Positions 53,163 to 61,835 of a DNA stretch of 64,000 nucleotides are shown piece by piece (position 1 is the first letter of the stretch; each line of letters starts with the position of its first letter). Below the pieces are notes generated by a model. That model worked only from the letters and a program-made list of their open reading frames with translations, ran no database searches and had not been told where the DNA came from. The DNA comes from Deltaproteobacteria bacterium (lineage in GTDB: Bacteria > Desulfobacterota > Desulfobacteria > Desulfobacterales > SG8-13), in the NCBI GenBank assembly GCA_041299015.1, contig JBFYWB010000054.1, forward strand, positions 2,526 to 66,525, read 5' to 3'. The translations under genes and the position numbers were made by a program.

Positions 53163-55124
53163 ATGCATGAACATCTATTCTCGCCTTTGAAAATGAGGGG
53201 AATCGAACTGCCGAACCGCATCAGCTTATTGGCTCATCGCACCAATTTCAGCAAATCCGGAAGGATCACGGACCGACATATCGCCTATTACCGGCGGCGG
53301 GCCCAGGGTGGATGCGGGATGATCATCGTGGGAGAGCTGGCGGTGCACCCGGATGACCGTCCGTGGGAAACCTTGATTGCGGTTCATCGTCCGGAGGTGG
53401 TGGCGGACTTTCGAAAACTCACCGATGCCGTCCATCAATTTGATAGCCGGATCATCGCCCAGTTGAACCACCGCGGATTTCAGAGCAGCGGCCACGTGAC
53501 CCGCAAGGCGATTTTAGGGCCTTCCGCCGTCGCCGACATCGTCTTCGGCGAAACGTGCAAACCCATGGAGCCTGAAGACATGACCGACATCACGGAGGCC
53601 TTCGGCCAGTCCGCCGCCCGGGTCAGGCAGGGCGGATTCGACGGGCTCGAAATCGACATGGGGCCGGAATCGCTGCTGCGCCAGTTTCTATCACCCATCA
53701 GCAACCATCGCAGCGATGAATACGGCGGCAGCCTCGAGAACCGGATGCGCTTTCCCTTGAAAATTCTCGAAACCGTTCGAGCGGCCGTGGGGGACGATTT
53801 CACCATCGGGGTCTGCCTGTGCGCGGATGAAAAATTCTGGGGCGGCATCAATGCGGAGGAATCCGTTCAGATGGCTCAAGCATTGGAAGCCACCGGTGCC
53901 GTGGATTTCGTCAATGTTGCCGTGGGCACCTATTACAACCTTCACCTGATCATGCCGTCCATGCATATTCCCTTCGGTTTTACCATCGGCTTGGCCGAAC
54001 AGATCAAAAACGGGATCGATATTCCCGTGATGGCCAGCTACCAGATCGGTTTTCCGGGCAAGGCCGAACGGCTTATCGCGGATGGCAAGGCGGATATGGT
54101 GGGATATGTTCGGGCCATGATCAGCGACCCCGATATGGTCAAGAAGGCGCGTGAAGGCCGAATGGCCGATATCCGCTACTGCGTCAAGGATAACAAGGGG
54201 TGCATCGGCCGTGTCAATCAATCCAAGGCATTGGGGTGCATCCAGAATCCCCGGGTCGGTCTCGAGCCCCTGACCGGCGACGAGTCCTGGCCCTTGATCC
54301 GTCAAAAGAAAAAGGTCATCGTTGTGGGCGCTGGGCCGTCGGGCATGGAAGCCGCCCGGGTGGCCCACGAACGCGGTCATGACGTGACGGTCTATGAGAA
54401 GGCGGCCACCGTGGGTGGCCAGGTCAAGCTCATCGGCATGCGCCCGGGACGTGGCGCCATGCAGGGGGTGATCCGGTATCTCAGGCACATGCTCATCGAA
54501 CACGGCGTAACGATTCAGAGGGGCGTGACGGTTACACCGGAGCTGATCCTTGAACAGGCCCCGGATGCGGTGGTGGTGGCCACGGGTTCTGTCCCCATTT
54601 CAAAGCCCTTCCCCGGTGATTATGGGCCGCCGGCCGTCCTGACCGGCTGGGATGTCATTCAAGGAACCCACCCGGTGGGTGAAAAGGTCCTGTACATCGA
54701 TGAGGACGGCGGGCACCATGCCATGGCCACGGCGGAGCTGCTGGTCGAACAGGGGAAAAAGGTGGATATGGTGACCAGCGATCTGTTCATCGGCATCGAA
54801 CTGGCCCCCCGCGGAGAGCTTTACCTGGGCCGTCAGCGTCTGCTGCAAAAGGGCGCCACCTTCAGAACCGATCTGGATATTCTGGAAATCAATGCGAGCA
54901 CCGGCGGATTGCGGGTCAAGGCAAGGGACATTTACACCAACGAATCCATCCTCTTTGACGGCTACGATACGGTGGTCCTGGATGTGGGCAATGCGGTCGA
55001 TGACGACCTCTACCACCGGCTGAAAGGTCAGGTCAAAGAAGTCTACAGAACCGGAGATTGCGTTGCGCCAAGGGGAATTGACATGGCGATTATCGAAGGC
55101 AGACAGGTGGGAGAACTGTTGTGA
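53163..55124 (+). CDS. FMN/Fe-S/FAD flavoprotein of the 2,4-dienoyl-CoA reductase / trimethylamine dehydrogenase (OYE-like) family, paralog 1
   Basis: LFSPLKMRGIELPNR, GFDGLEIDM, YGGSLENRMRF, VVGAGPSGMEAA. The Fe-S motif reads CVKDNKGC-x11-C, so the second Cys is replaced by Asp. The start could be 53151 (GTG) or 53163 (ATG). Confidence 0.85.
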   Translation: MHEHLFSPLKMRGIELPNRISLLAHRTNFSKSGRITDRHIAYYRRRAQGGCGMIIVGELAVHPDDRPWETLIAVHRPEVVADFRKLTDAVHQFDSRIIAQLNHRGFQSSGHVTRKAILGPSAVADIVFGETCKPMEPEDMTDITEAFGQSAARVRQGGFDGLEIDMGPESLLRQFLSPISNHRSDEYGGSLENRMRFPLKILETVRAAVGDDFTIGVCLCADEKFWGGINAEESVQMAQALEATGAVDFVNVAVGTYYNLHLIMPSMHIPFGFTIGLAEQIKNGIDIPVMASYQIGFPGKAERLIADGKADMVGYVRAMISDPDMVKKAREGRMADIRYCVKDNKGCIGRVNQSKALGCIQNPRVGLEPLTGDESWPLIRQKKKVIVVGAGPSGMEAARVAHERGHDVTVYEKAATVGGQVKLIGMRPGRGAMQGVIRYLRHMLIEHGVTIQRGVTVTPELILEQAPDAVVVATGSVPISKPFPGDYGPPAVLTGWDVIQGTHPVGEKVLYIDEDGGHHAMATAELLVEQGKKVDMVTSDLFIGIELAPRGELYLGRQRLLQKGATFRTDLDILEINASTGGLRVKARDIYTNESILFDGYDTVVLDVGNAVDDDLYHRLKGQVKEVYRTGDCVAPRGIDMAIIEGRQVGELL

Positions 55125-57079
55125 GTGAATTCAAGTATCTTTTTTCACCACTTAAAATCGGCGCCACGGTGGTGCCCAACCGGATCCATTTCGCCGCCCA
55201 TATGACCAACTATGCGGTGGACAATCTGATCAGTGACCGGCATATTTACTATTACCGGGAACGGGCCAAGGGCGGCGCCGGTTTGATCACCACAGAGGAG
55301 ATGGGGATCCATCCCACGGATCACCCCTACGACAAGCTGGTGGATGTCTATGAGCCGGAGGTGATTCCCGGTTTCAAGCGGCTGGCCCGTACCATTCACG
55401 ACTATGACACCAAAATCTTCGCCCAGCTCAACCACAACGGCATGCAGGGAGACGGCAAGATCTCCCGACTGCCGGTGTGGGGGCCGTCAACCGGGAAGGA
55501 TCCCATCTTTCGGGAAACCTGCAAGGCCATGGAGCCCGAAGATATCCAGGAATGCATCGAGTATTTCGCCATCTGCGCCAAAAACGCGGTGGAAGGCGAG
55601 TTTGACGGCATCGAGCTGCAATTGGGGCACAGTTCCCTGATCCGGCAGTTTCTGTCGCCCCTGACCAATCACCGGCAGGACGCCTACGGCGGGAGCATGG
55701 AGAACCGCTGCCGTTTTGCCCTCGAAGTGATCGATGCAGTCCGCATGGCCGTGGGACCTGATTTTACCCTCGGGATTCGACTCAATGCCGATGAGATGCA
55801 CCCTCGGGGCGGGCTCACCCATGCAGACGCCAAACAGGTGGCCATACGGCTGGAGGCGTCCGGGCAGCTCGACTTTCTGGACCTCAGCCTGGGCACCTTC
55901 TACAATCTTTTCCTGGTGGAAGGCTCCATGCACACCCCGCTGGCCTATACGGTGCCCTTGTCCGCCGGCATGCGGTCGGTGGTCAACCTGCCGGTATTCT
56001 GTACCAACCGGATCAACGACCCCCATTTGGCGGAGAAGATCCTGGAAAACGGTCAGGCCGATATGATCGGCATGGTGCGGGCCCTGATCTGTGATCCGGA
56101 GTTGCCCAACAAATCCATGGAAGGCCGGACGGACGACATCCGGAACTGCATCGCCTGCAACCAGGGGTGCATCGCCCGCATGGGTCTCGGCTACCGTCTG
56201 GGATGCCTTCACAACCCGGCCGCCGGCGAGGAAGAAGCCTTAGGCATCGGCACCCTCAAGCCCGCCGAAACCCCCAAAAAGGTCGTAGTGGTGGGTGCGG
56301 GACCCGCCGGTCTCGAAGTGGCCCGGACGGCCACCCTGCGAAAACATCGCGTCGTCCTGCTTGAAAAGGCCGCTGAGGTCGGCGGCCAGAACATCATTGC
56401 CGGAAAAGCGGCCGGACGCCAGGAGATTACCGGCGTCACCCGCTGGCTGGTGAGCCAGCTGAACAAGCTCGAACTGGACATCCGGTTCGGCGTCGAGGCC
56501 ACGGTCGAGATGGTGCTCGCGGAAAAGCCGGACGCGGTGGTGATCGCCACCGGCTCGACCCCTAAAACCGCGCCGTTTCCCGGCCAATACGGTCCGCCGC
56601 AGGTGGTGACCACCGTGCAGATCCTCACCAATGAAATCGAGGCCGGCGACAAGGTTCTGCTCATCGACCTGGACGGCCACCATCAGGCCACCGGCACGGC
56701 GGAGATTCTGGCGGATCGCGGCAAACAGGTTCACATGCTTACCGCGGCGCTCTTTATCGGATCGGCCCTGGGCCCCCTTCAGGATCTCTACCTCACCCGC
56801 AGCCGGCTTGCCAAAAAAGGGGTGACCTTCACCCCCGACATCGCGGTGCTCGAGATCCAGGGCACCCTGGTCAAGGGACTGAACGTCTATTCCAACGAAT
56901 TGATCGATTTCGACGGGTACGATACGGTGGTGCTGGCGGCGGGGAATACGGCCAACGACGGCCTTTATTTTGAGTTGAAGGGCAAAGTGGAGGAACTATA
57001 CCGGGTCGGCGATTGCGTGGCGCCCCGGAAAACGGACATGGCCATTATCGAGGGTCATCGCATCGGCAGAACCATATAG
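55121..57079 (+). CDS. FMN/4Fe-4S/FAD flavoprotein of the same family, paralog 2
   Basis: LFSPLKIGATVVPNR, FDGIELQLGH, YGGSMENRCRF, canonical CIACNQGC-x11-C, VVGAGPAGLEVA. The GTG start overlaps the upstream stop (GTGA). Confidence 0.85.
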   Translation: MSEFKYLFSPLKIGATVVPNRIHFAAHMTNYAVDNLISDRHIYYYRERAKGGAGLITTEEMGIHPTDHPYDKLVDVYEPEVIPGFKRLARTIHDYDTKIFAQLNHNGMQGDGKISRLPVWGPSTGKDPIFRETCKAMEPEDIQECIEYFAICAKNAVEGEFDGIELQLGHSSLIRQFLSPLTNHRQDAYGGSMENRCRFALEVIDAVRMAVGPDFTLGIRLNADEMHPRGGLTHADAKQVAIRLEASGQLDFLDLSLGTFYNLFLVEGSMHTPLAYTVPLSAGMRSVVNLPVFCTNRINDPHLAEKILENGQADMIGMVRALICDPELPNKSMEGRTDDIRNCIACNQGCIARMGLGYRLGCLHNPAAGEEEALGIGTLKPAETPKKVVVVGAGPAGLEVARTATLRKHRVVLLEKAAEVGGQNIIAGKAAGRQEITGVTRWLVSQLNKLELDIRFGVEATVEMVLAEKPDAVVIATGSTPKTAPFPGQYGPPQVVTTVQILTNEIEAGDKVLLIDLDGHHQATGTAEILADRGKQVHMLTAALFIGSALGPLQDLYLTRSRLAKKGVTFTPDIAVLEIQGTLVKGLNVYSNELIDFDGYDTVVLAAGNTANDGLYFELKGKVEELYRVGDCVAPRKTDMAIIEGHRIGRTI

Positions 57080-57087
57080 GAGGGGCC

Positions 57088-58077
57088 ATGTGTGATATCT
57101 GGATAGTCGTTGAACACAGAGACGGCGAGATCGAGGACGCCACCTTTGGCCTCGCCACTGAGGCCAGGCGGCTGATCGCACAACTGGGCGAAGCGGGCCA
57201 GGTAACCGCCGTCGCATTAGGGTCCGCACCCGAATCGGTGCTGGCAGCGCTGGGCGCCTATGGCGTAAACCGGGTGCTGCATGTCACCAATGCCTGGATG
57301 ACGCGCTACCAGGGCGAAATCTTCGGCCGGGCATTATTTGATCTCGTTCAAAAAGAGAATCCGGCCTGTCTGCTCATGGCCCAGTCATCGGAAACGGAGG
57401 ACCTGGCCCAGCGGGTGGCCGCCATGATGAAGACGGCCCTGGTCACCCGGGCCATGGATTTTTCCATGACGGCCGACGGCACCGCCCGGGCCATTCGTCC
57501 GGTGGCCAATGGGTATCTCTTCGAAGACGTGATGCTCGACAGCCGCCCGTCCCCCATTGTCCTGTTTCTGCCGTCCGTGCTCTTCGATACGGAACCCGAC
57601 CGGGAGGAGACGGCCGCGGTGATCAATGTTTCGTTCCCGGGTCCGGCGGACGACCTGAAAACCCGCACTGTGCAGGTGATCGAAGCCGCACCGGAAGACC
57701 TGGACCTGGAAGAGGCCGATATCATCGTCGCCGGAGGCCGGGGCGTCGGCAAAGGAGCGTCCTTTGATGTCATCCATGCATTGGCCCGGACCATCGGCGG
57801 GTCGGTGGGCGGCACCCGGCCCATCATCGACTGGGGCGTCCTGCCCTACGAACGCCAAATCGGGCAGACCGGCAAGTATGTCTCCCCCCGATTGATCATC
57901 AACTGCGGTATCTCAGGTGCCAATGAATACACGGCGGGCATGGAAAAATCTCAGCAGGTCATTGCCATCGATCTCAACCCGAGGGCCCGGATGTTTCGGT
58001 TTGCCGACTTGGGCGTGGTCGGCGATGTTCATGAAATCCTACCCTTGTTGATTTCCCGAATCGAGGATCAGAAATGA
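57088..58077 (+). CDS. etfA: Electron transfer flavoprotein alpha subunit
   Basis: 329 aa from an ATG with GGAGGGG upstream. IIVAGGRGVG ... IGGSVGGTRPIIDWGVLPYERQIGQTGKYVSPRLIINCGISGANEY. Confidence 0.9.
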   Translation: MCDIWIVVEHRDGEIEDATFGLATEARRLIAQLGEAGQVTAVALGSAPESVLAALGAYGVNRVLHVTNAWMTRYQGEIFGRALFDLVQKENPACLLMAQSSETEDLAQRVAAMMKTALVTRAMDFSMTADGTARAIRPVANGYLFEDVMLDSRPSPIVLFLPSVLFDTEPDREETAAVINVSFPGPADDLKTRTVQVIEAAPEDLDLEEADIIVAGGRGVGKGASFDVIHALARTIGGSVGGTRPIIDWGVLPYERQIGQTGKYVSPRLIINCGISGANEYTAGMEKSQQVIAIDLNPRARMFRFADLGVVGDVHEILPLLISRIEDQK

Positions 58078-58892
58078 ATGGATACCTGTTCAAACCCATA
58101 TACAGGTGCGCAATGGTGATCTCCATGGTCATCACCATGCTGATCGCCGGGCATGCCCGCGCATCCGTAACCGAAGCCGCGACGGTCTACACGCCTGAGG
58201 ACTGCATCGAATGCCATCGAACGGGGAGCGAGGAAAGCGGGCTCCAAATCTTCGTCGAAGAATATGAAGCCTCCGTCCACGGCCCGGAAATCACCTGCTT
58301 GGATTGCCACACCGGTGTGGTTGACGATCAACACCAGAGCACCAAGGGATCGGGGGCTGTGGACTGCAGCGCTTGCCACGAGCAGGAAAACCGGCACGGT
58401 TTGAACGGGCCGGAAGAACAGCGCCCACATTGCTACGACTGCCACACTCGGCATCACATGCTATCGAAGACCGATCCGGCGTCTGCCGTCCATCCCGATC
58501 ATTTGGCAGTCACCTGCGCCGGGTGTCATCCGGCGGCATCCGGTGAAACCGATTTTTTCTCGTGGTTTCCCTCTTTCCAGATCGCTTCCCACAACAAAGG
58601 GGATTTCGCGACCGCCTATAATAAAGACAATTGCCTGGGATGTCATCAGGGCGCCGCCGTCCACGGCGAGTCGGTACCAATCAACGATCAGGATTGCTAC
58701 AAGTGTCACTTCTCCCCGGATGCGGCCGGCGCCATGTGGGGGAATATGCATTCCAAGCCGGACCTGAAGACACAGCCGGCCGTCTTTGCCGCCGCCTCGA
58801 TCTATCAAATCTTTGTCGCCATCGGGCTCATCGTGCTCCTGGGCAAATTTCTGAACCTCGTTTTCGATAGATTCTCCGGAAAATCGAAATAG
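58074..58892 (+). CDS. Heptaheme c-type cytochrome with an N-terminal signal and a C-terminal TM anchor
   Basis: Seven CxxCH motifs (CIECH, CLDCH, CSACH, CYDCH, CAGCH, CLGCH, CYKCH). The C-terminal helix is AVFAAASIYQIFVAIGLIVLLG. The ATG overlaps the etfA stop (ATGA). Confidence 0.85.
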   Translation: MNGYLFKPIYRCAMVISMVITMLIAGHARASVTEAATVYTPEDCIECHRTGSEESGLQIFVEEYEASVHGPEITCLDCHTGVVDDQHQSTKGSGAVDCSACHEQENRHGLNGPEEQRPHCYDCHTRHHMLSKTDPASAVHPDHLAVTCAGCHPAASGETDFFSWFPSFQIASHNKGDFATAYNKDNCLGCHQGAAVHGESVPINDQDCYKCHFSPDAAGAMWGNMHSKPDLKTQPAVFAAASIYQIFVAIGLIVLLGKFLNLVFDRFSGKSK

Positions 58893-58958
58893 ACGGTTAA
58901 AACGGTAGGATCAAATCGGTAAAACAAAGCGGTAAGTCATTTATTGAGGAGATAAGCG

Positions 58959-60893
58959 TTGAAGGCATTGTTAACCTCATTCGATTTGTTATTGATCGCA
59001 GCGGCGTTCCTTATCATGGCGGTCGGTTTGGCCCGGCGATGGTCGTTGTGGCGGACAAAAAAACCTGCCGGCATCTCCGGCGACTGGCAGGGGCTGAAGA
59101 CTTCTTTGCTGCTGCATCGCGGCATCCTGCGAAGGCCCTCGGTGGGCGGGGCGCATCTGGCTGCATTCTGGGGTGTCCTCATTCCCCTGATCGTGATCAT
59201 ACTCGTCCAATTCGGGTTCATCATCCCCCAGGCACCGGCCAAACTGCTCTCCCTGGTTCAGGATCTGGCGGGCATTGCGTTGTTGATCGGCACCCTGTTC
59301 CTGCTGTTTCGACGCTTGGGAAGCACGGATGCCGAAGGGCCCTCGCGCACCATGGTGCCCATGGTTCTGCTGCTGGTCATCCTTGTCTCCGGGTTCATGG
59401 CCGAAGGCACGCGGCTGAGCATCCTCCGGGCCGACGGGGTTCCGTGGGCGTCGCCCATGGGATGGTTTTTCTCTCTGATATCCCCGGCCTCGCCGGTCTT
59501 CATGCAGATGATGATCCGCCTGCATTTCTTCGCCGTGCTCGCTCTCATCGCGGCCATTCCGTTTACCTTCATGCGCCATGCCGCGGCCTCGCCCCTGAAC
59601 GTATTTTACAGGAAACAGGGCGCCAGGGCCGCATTGACGCTTCCATCGATCGAAAGCGGAGAGATCGGTGCAAAAACGGTTAAAGACCTTTCCTGGAAAC
59701 AGATGCTGGATGCCGAAGCCTGTGTCGCTTGCGGCAGGTGCGACGAGAACTGCCCGGCCGCCATCTCGGGCAAACCCCTGTCCCCCCGGAAGATCATCCG
59801 AAATATACGGGAACAGATGGAGACGGTCGCCGCCGATCAAAAGCGACGCGGGAATGCACTGGGGAACGTGCCCGAACCGCCGCTCCTGGCAAACGCCGTC
59901 AGAGCGGATGAAATGTGGGCGTGCACCTCCTGCATGGCCTGTGTGGAACATTGCCCGGTCTTTATCGAACCCCTGGACAAGATCATCGACATGCGGCGGT
60001 ATCAGGTCATGGGCGAGGCCCGGCTGCCCGCCGAAGCCCGGCCGATGATCCGGGATCTGGACCTTTACGGCGATGTTCAGGGCAAGGGTGTGGCCCATCG
60101 GGCAGACTGGGCCATGAACCGGAAGGTTCCTCAGATGTCCCAGGCTCCCGCCCAAAGCGGATCCGATGTGGACATCCTCCTGTGGGTCGGTTGTTCCGGC
60201 GCATTTCATCCCCGGAACCAGGAGACCAGCCGGGCCATGGTGAAGATTCTCAAGGCTGCCGGCATCCGGTTCGCCATATTGGGAAAAGAGGAGGTGTGCT
60301 GCGGTGATCCTGCCCGGCGGTTGGGCGACGAGATCCTCTTCCGAAAGCTGGCCCGGGCGAACATCGACCGATTAAACCATTATCAGGTGAAAAAAATCGT
60401 CACCCTGTGCCCTCACTGCCTGAATACCCTGAAAAATGAATATCCGGATTTGGGATGTAAAATGGAAGTGATTCATGCCACGGAACTGGTCATGACCCTG
60501 ATCCGCGACAAACGCATCGCCCTGAAGTATCCCGTGGCGGATAAAATGGCCATACACGATGCCTGTTATCTGGGTCGATATAACCAGGTTTATGAGCCGC
60601 CTCGGGATATCTGCCGGGCCGTGCCGGGCTCCCGGCTCAAGGAAACGGCGCGGAACCGGGGCAGCGGCTTCTGCTGCGGCGGCGGCGGCGGACGGATGTG
60701 GCTGCACGAGAACATCGGTCAAAACATCAATGTGGTCCGGGCCGCGGAGCTGGCCAAGACCGATGTCGATTTGATCGGCACCGCTTGCCCCTATTGTCTG
60801 GTCATGCTGGACGACGGTGTGAAATCCCTCGAACTGGAAAAAACGCCGAAAGTGGCCGACATTATCGACATCGTTGCCGACTCATTGGGTTAG
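58959..60893 (+). CDS. Membrane-integral Fe-S oxidoreductase: N-terminal NarI/HdrE-like multi-TM domain fused to an HdrD/DsrK-like 2x[4Fe-4S] module with two CCG domains (ETF:quinone oxidoreductase type)
   Basis: The N-terminal ~220 aa hold 5-6 TM helices with conserved His. CVACGRCDENCP and CTSCMACVEHCP are ferredoxin motifs. CCG motifs are EVCCGDP and GFCCGGGGG. TTG start with GAGGAG upstream. Confidence 0.85.
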   Translation: MKALLTSFDLLLIAAAFLIMAVGLARRWSLWRTKKPAGISGDWQGLKTSLLLHRGILRRPSVGGAHLAAFWGVLIPLIVIILVQFGFIIPQAPAKLLSLVQDLAGIALLIGTLFLLFRRLGSTDAEGPSRTMVPMVLLLVILVSGFMAEGTRLSILRADGVPWASPMGWFFSLISPASPVFMQMMIRLHFFAVLALIAAIPFTFMRHAAASPLNVFYRKQGARAALTLPSIESGEIGAKTVKDLSWKQMLDAEACVACGRCDENCPAAISGKPLSPRKIIRNIREQMETVAADQKRRGNALGNVPEPPLLANAVRADEMWACTSCMACVEHCPVFIEPLDKIIDMRRYQVMGEARLPAEARPMIRDLDLYGDVQGKGVAHRADWAMNRKVPQMSQAPAQSGSDVDILLWVGCSGAFHPRNQETSRAMVKILKAAGIRFAILGKEEVCCGDPARRLGDEILFRKLARANIDRLNHYQVKKIVTLCPHCLNTLKNEYPDLGCKMEVIHATELVMTLIRDKRIALKYPVADKMAIHDACYLGRYNQVYEPPRDICRAVPGSRLKETARNRGSGFCCGGGGGRMWLHENIGQNINVVRAAELAKTDVDLIGTACPYCLVMLDDGVKSLELEKTPKVADIIDIVADSLG

Positions 60894-60926
60894 CCGTTAA
60901 TACTTCTACCACCAAACGAGGATGAA

Positions 60927-61835
60927 ATGAAAATCATCGTCTGCGCCAAGCAAATTCGACACACCTATGCGAGAACGGGAACATCGCCCGAATCACATTA
61001 TATCCGCCCTGAAGACGGTGTCTACCGCGTTAACCCTCACGATGAAGCGGCTCTCGAACTGGCACTGCGCCTGAAAGACGTATACGAAAACACCACCGTC
61101 GTGCTGCTCACCCTGGGGCCGATGATCGCCGAAGAGGAGATTCGACGGTGCCTGGCCACCGGCGCCGACGACCTATACCAGATCAAGGTAAACGGGCACC
61201 CGCCTTTTCCGGCAGACCCCCTCGATCAGCCCGACCCGTGGGTCAAATCGGATCTCATGGCCCGAGCCGTGAAAGAACTTGGAGGGGATCTGGTGCTCTG
61301 CGGTAAAGCGTCTCTCGATAAAGCCAGCGGTCAAGTGGGAGCGCTGCTGGCACACCGCCTCGACCTGCCGTTTGTATCGGCCATCACAGACCTCACTATC
61401 ACAGATCTTTCCATGAATAAATCCGGCGGCACCTTACAGGTGCAGCGAAGCGCCGGCCGCGGGGTTCGGGAAATCATCGAATGCCGGCTGCCGGCCGTCT
61501 TCAGCGTGGATTTGGGGCCGGATCTCCGGCTCCCGAAATTTTCCGAGCGACAACGGGTCAAAGCCTATGCCCCCAAGCAACTGGATTGCGGCGCTGCTGT
61601 CGATGCCCCGAAGTTGGTCTGCGCCCACCGGTTTCAGCCGCGCCCCCGTCCGAAGATCGTCCCCGCGCCGGACAGCCGCCTGCAGGCTTATGAACGCATC
61701 ATGCAGCTTCTCGCCGGCAGCAAAGTGGAGAAAAAAGGGGAGATCTTGACCGGGAGTCCTGAATCTCAGGTCGAGGGCATTATCGCTTTTCTAAGAGCCA
61801 ATGACTTCCTCCTATCGACCAATGCAGACCCATAA
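60927..61835 (+). CDS. etfB: Electron transfer flavoprotein beta subunit
   Basis: MKIIVCAKQI ... VNPHDEAALELALRLKD ... DLVLCGKASLDKASGQVGALLAHRLDLPFVSAI. Confidence 0.85.
   Translation: MKIIVCAKQIRHTYARTGTSPESHYIRPEDGVYRVNPHDEAALELALRLKDVYENTTVVLLTLGPMIAEEEIRRCLATGADDLYQIKVNGHPPFPADPLDQPDPWVKSDLMARAVKELGGDLVLCGKASLDKASGQVGALLAHRLDLPFVSAITDLTITDLSMNKSGGTLQVQRSAGRGVREIIECRLPAVFSVDLGPDLRLPKFSERQRVKAYAPKQLDCGAAVDAPKLVCAHRFQPRPRPKIVPAPDSRLQAYERIMQLLAGSKVEKKGEILTGSPESQVEGIIAFLRANDFLLSTNADP

Noticed and set aside
58989-60209. Very long antisense ORFs inside real genes. Examples are 58989-60209(-) of 406 aa, 50706-51824(-) of 372 aa, 42268-43353(-) of 361 aa, 46182-47210(-) of 342 aa, 47319-48323(-) of 334 aa and 22326-23288(-) of 320 aa.
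   Set aside because: Their composition is Arg/Gly/Pro/His-rich and low-complexity. They carry no recognisable motifs and lie exactly opposite genes with strong family signatures. This is the typical stop-codon-poor shadow frame of GC-rich DNA.
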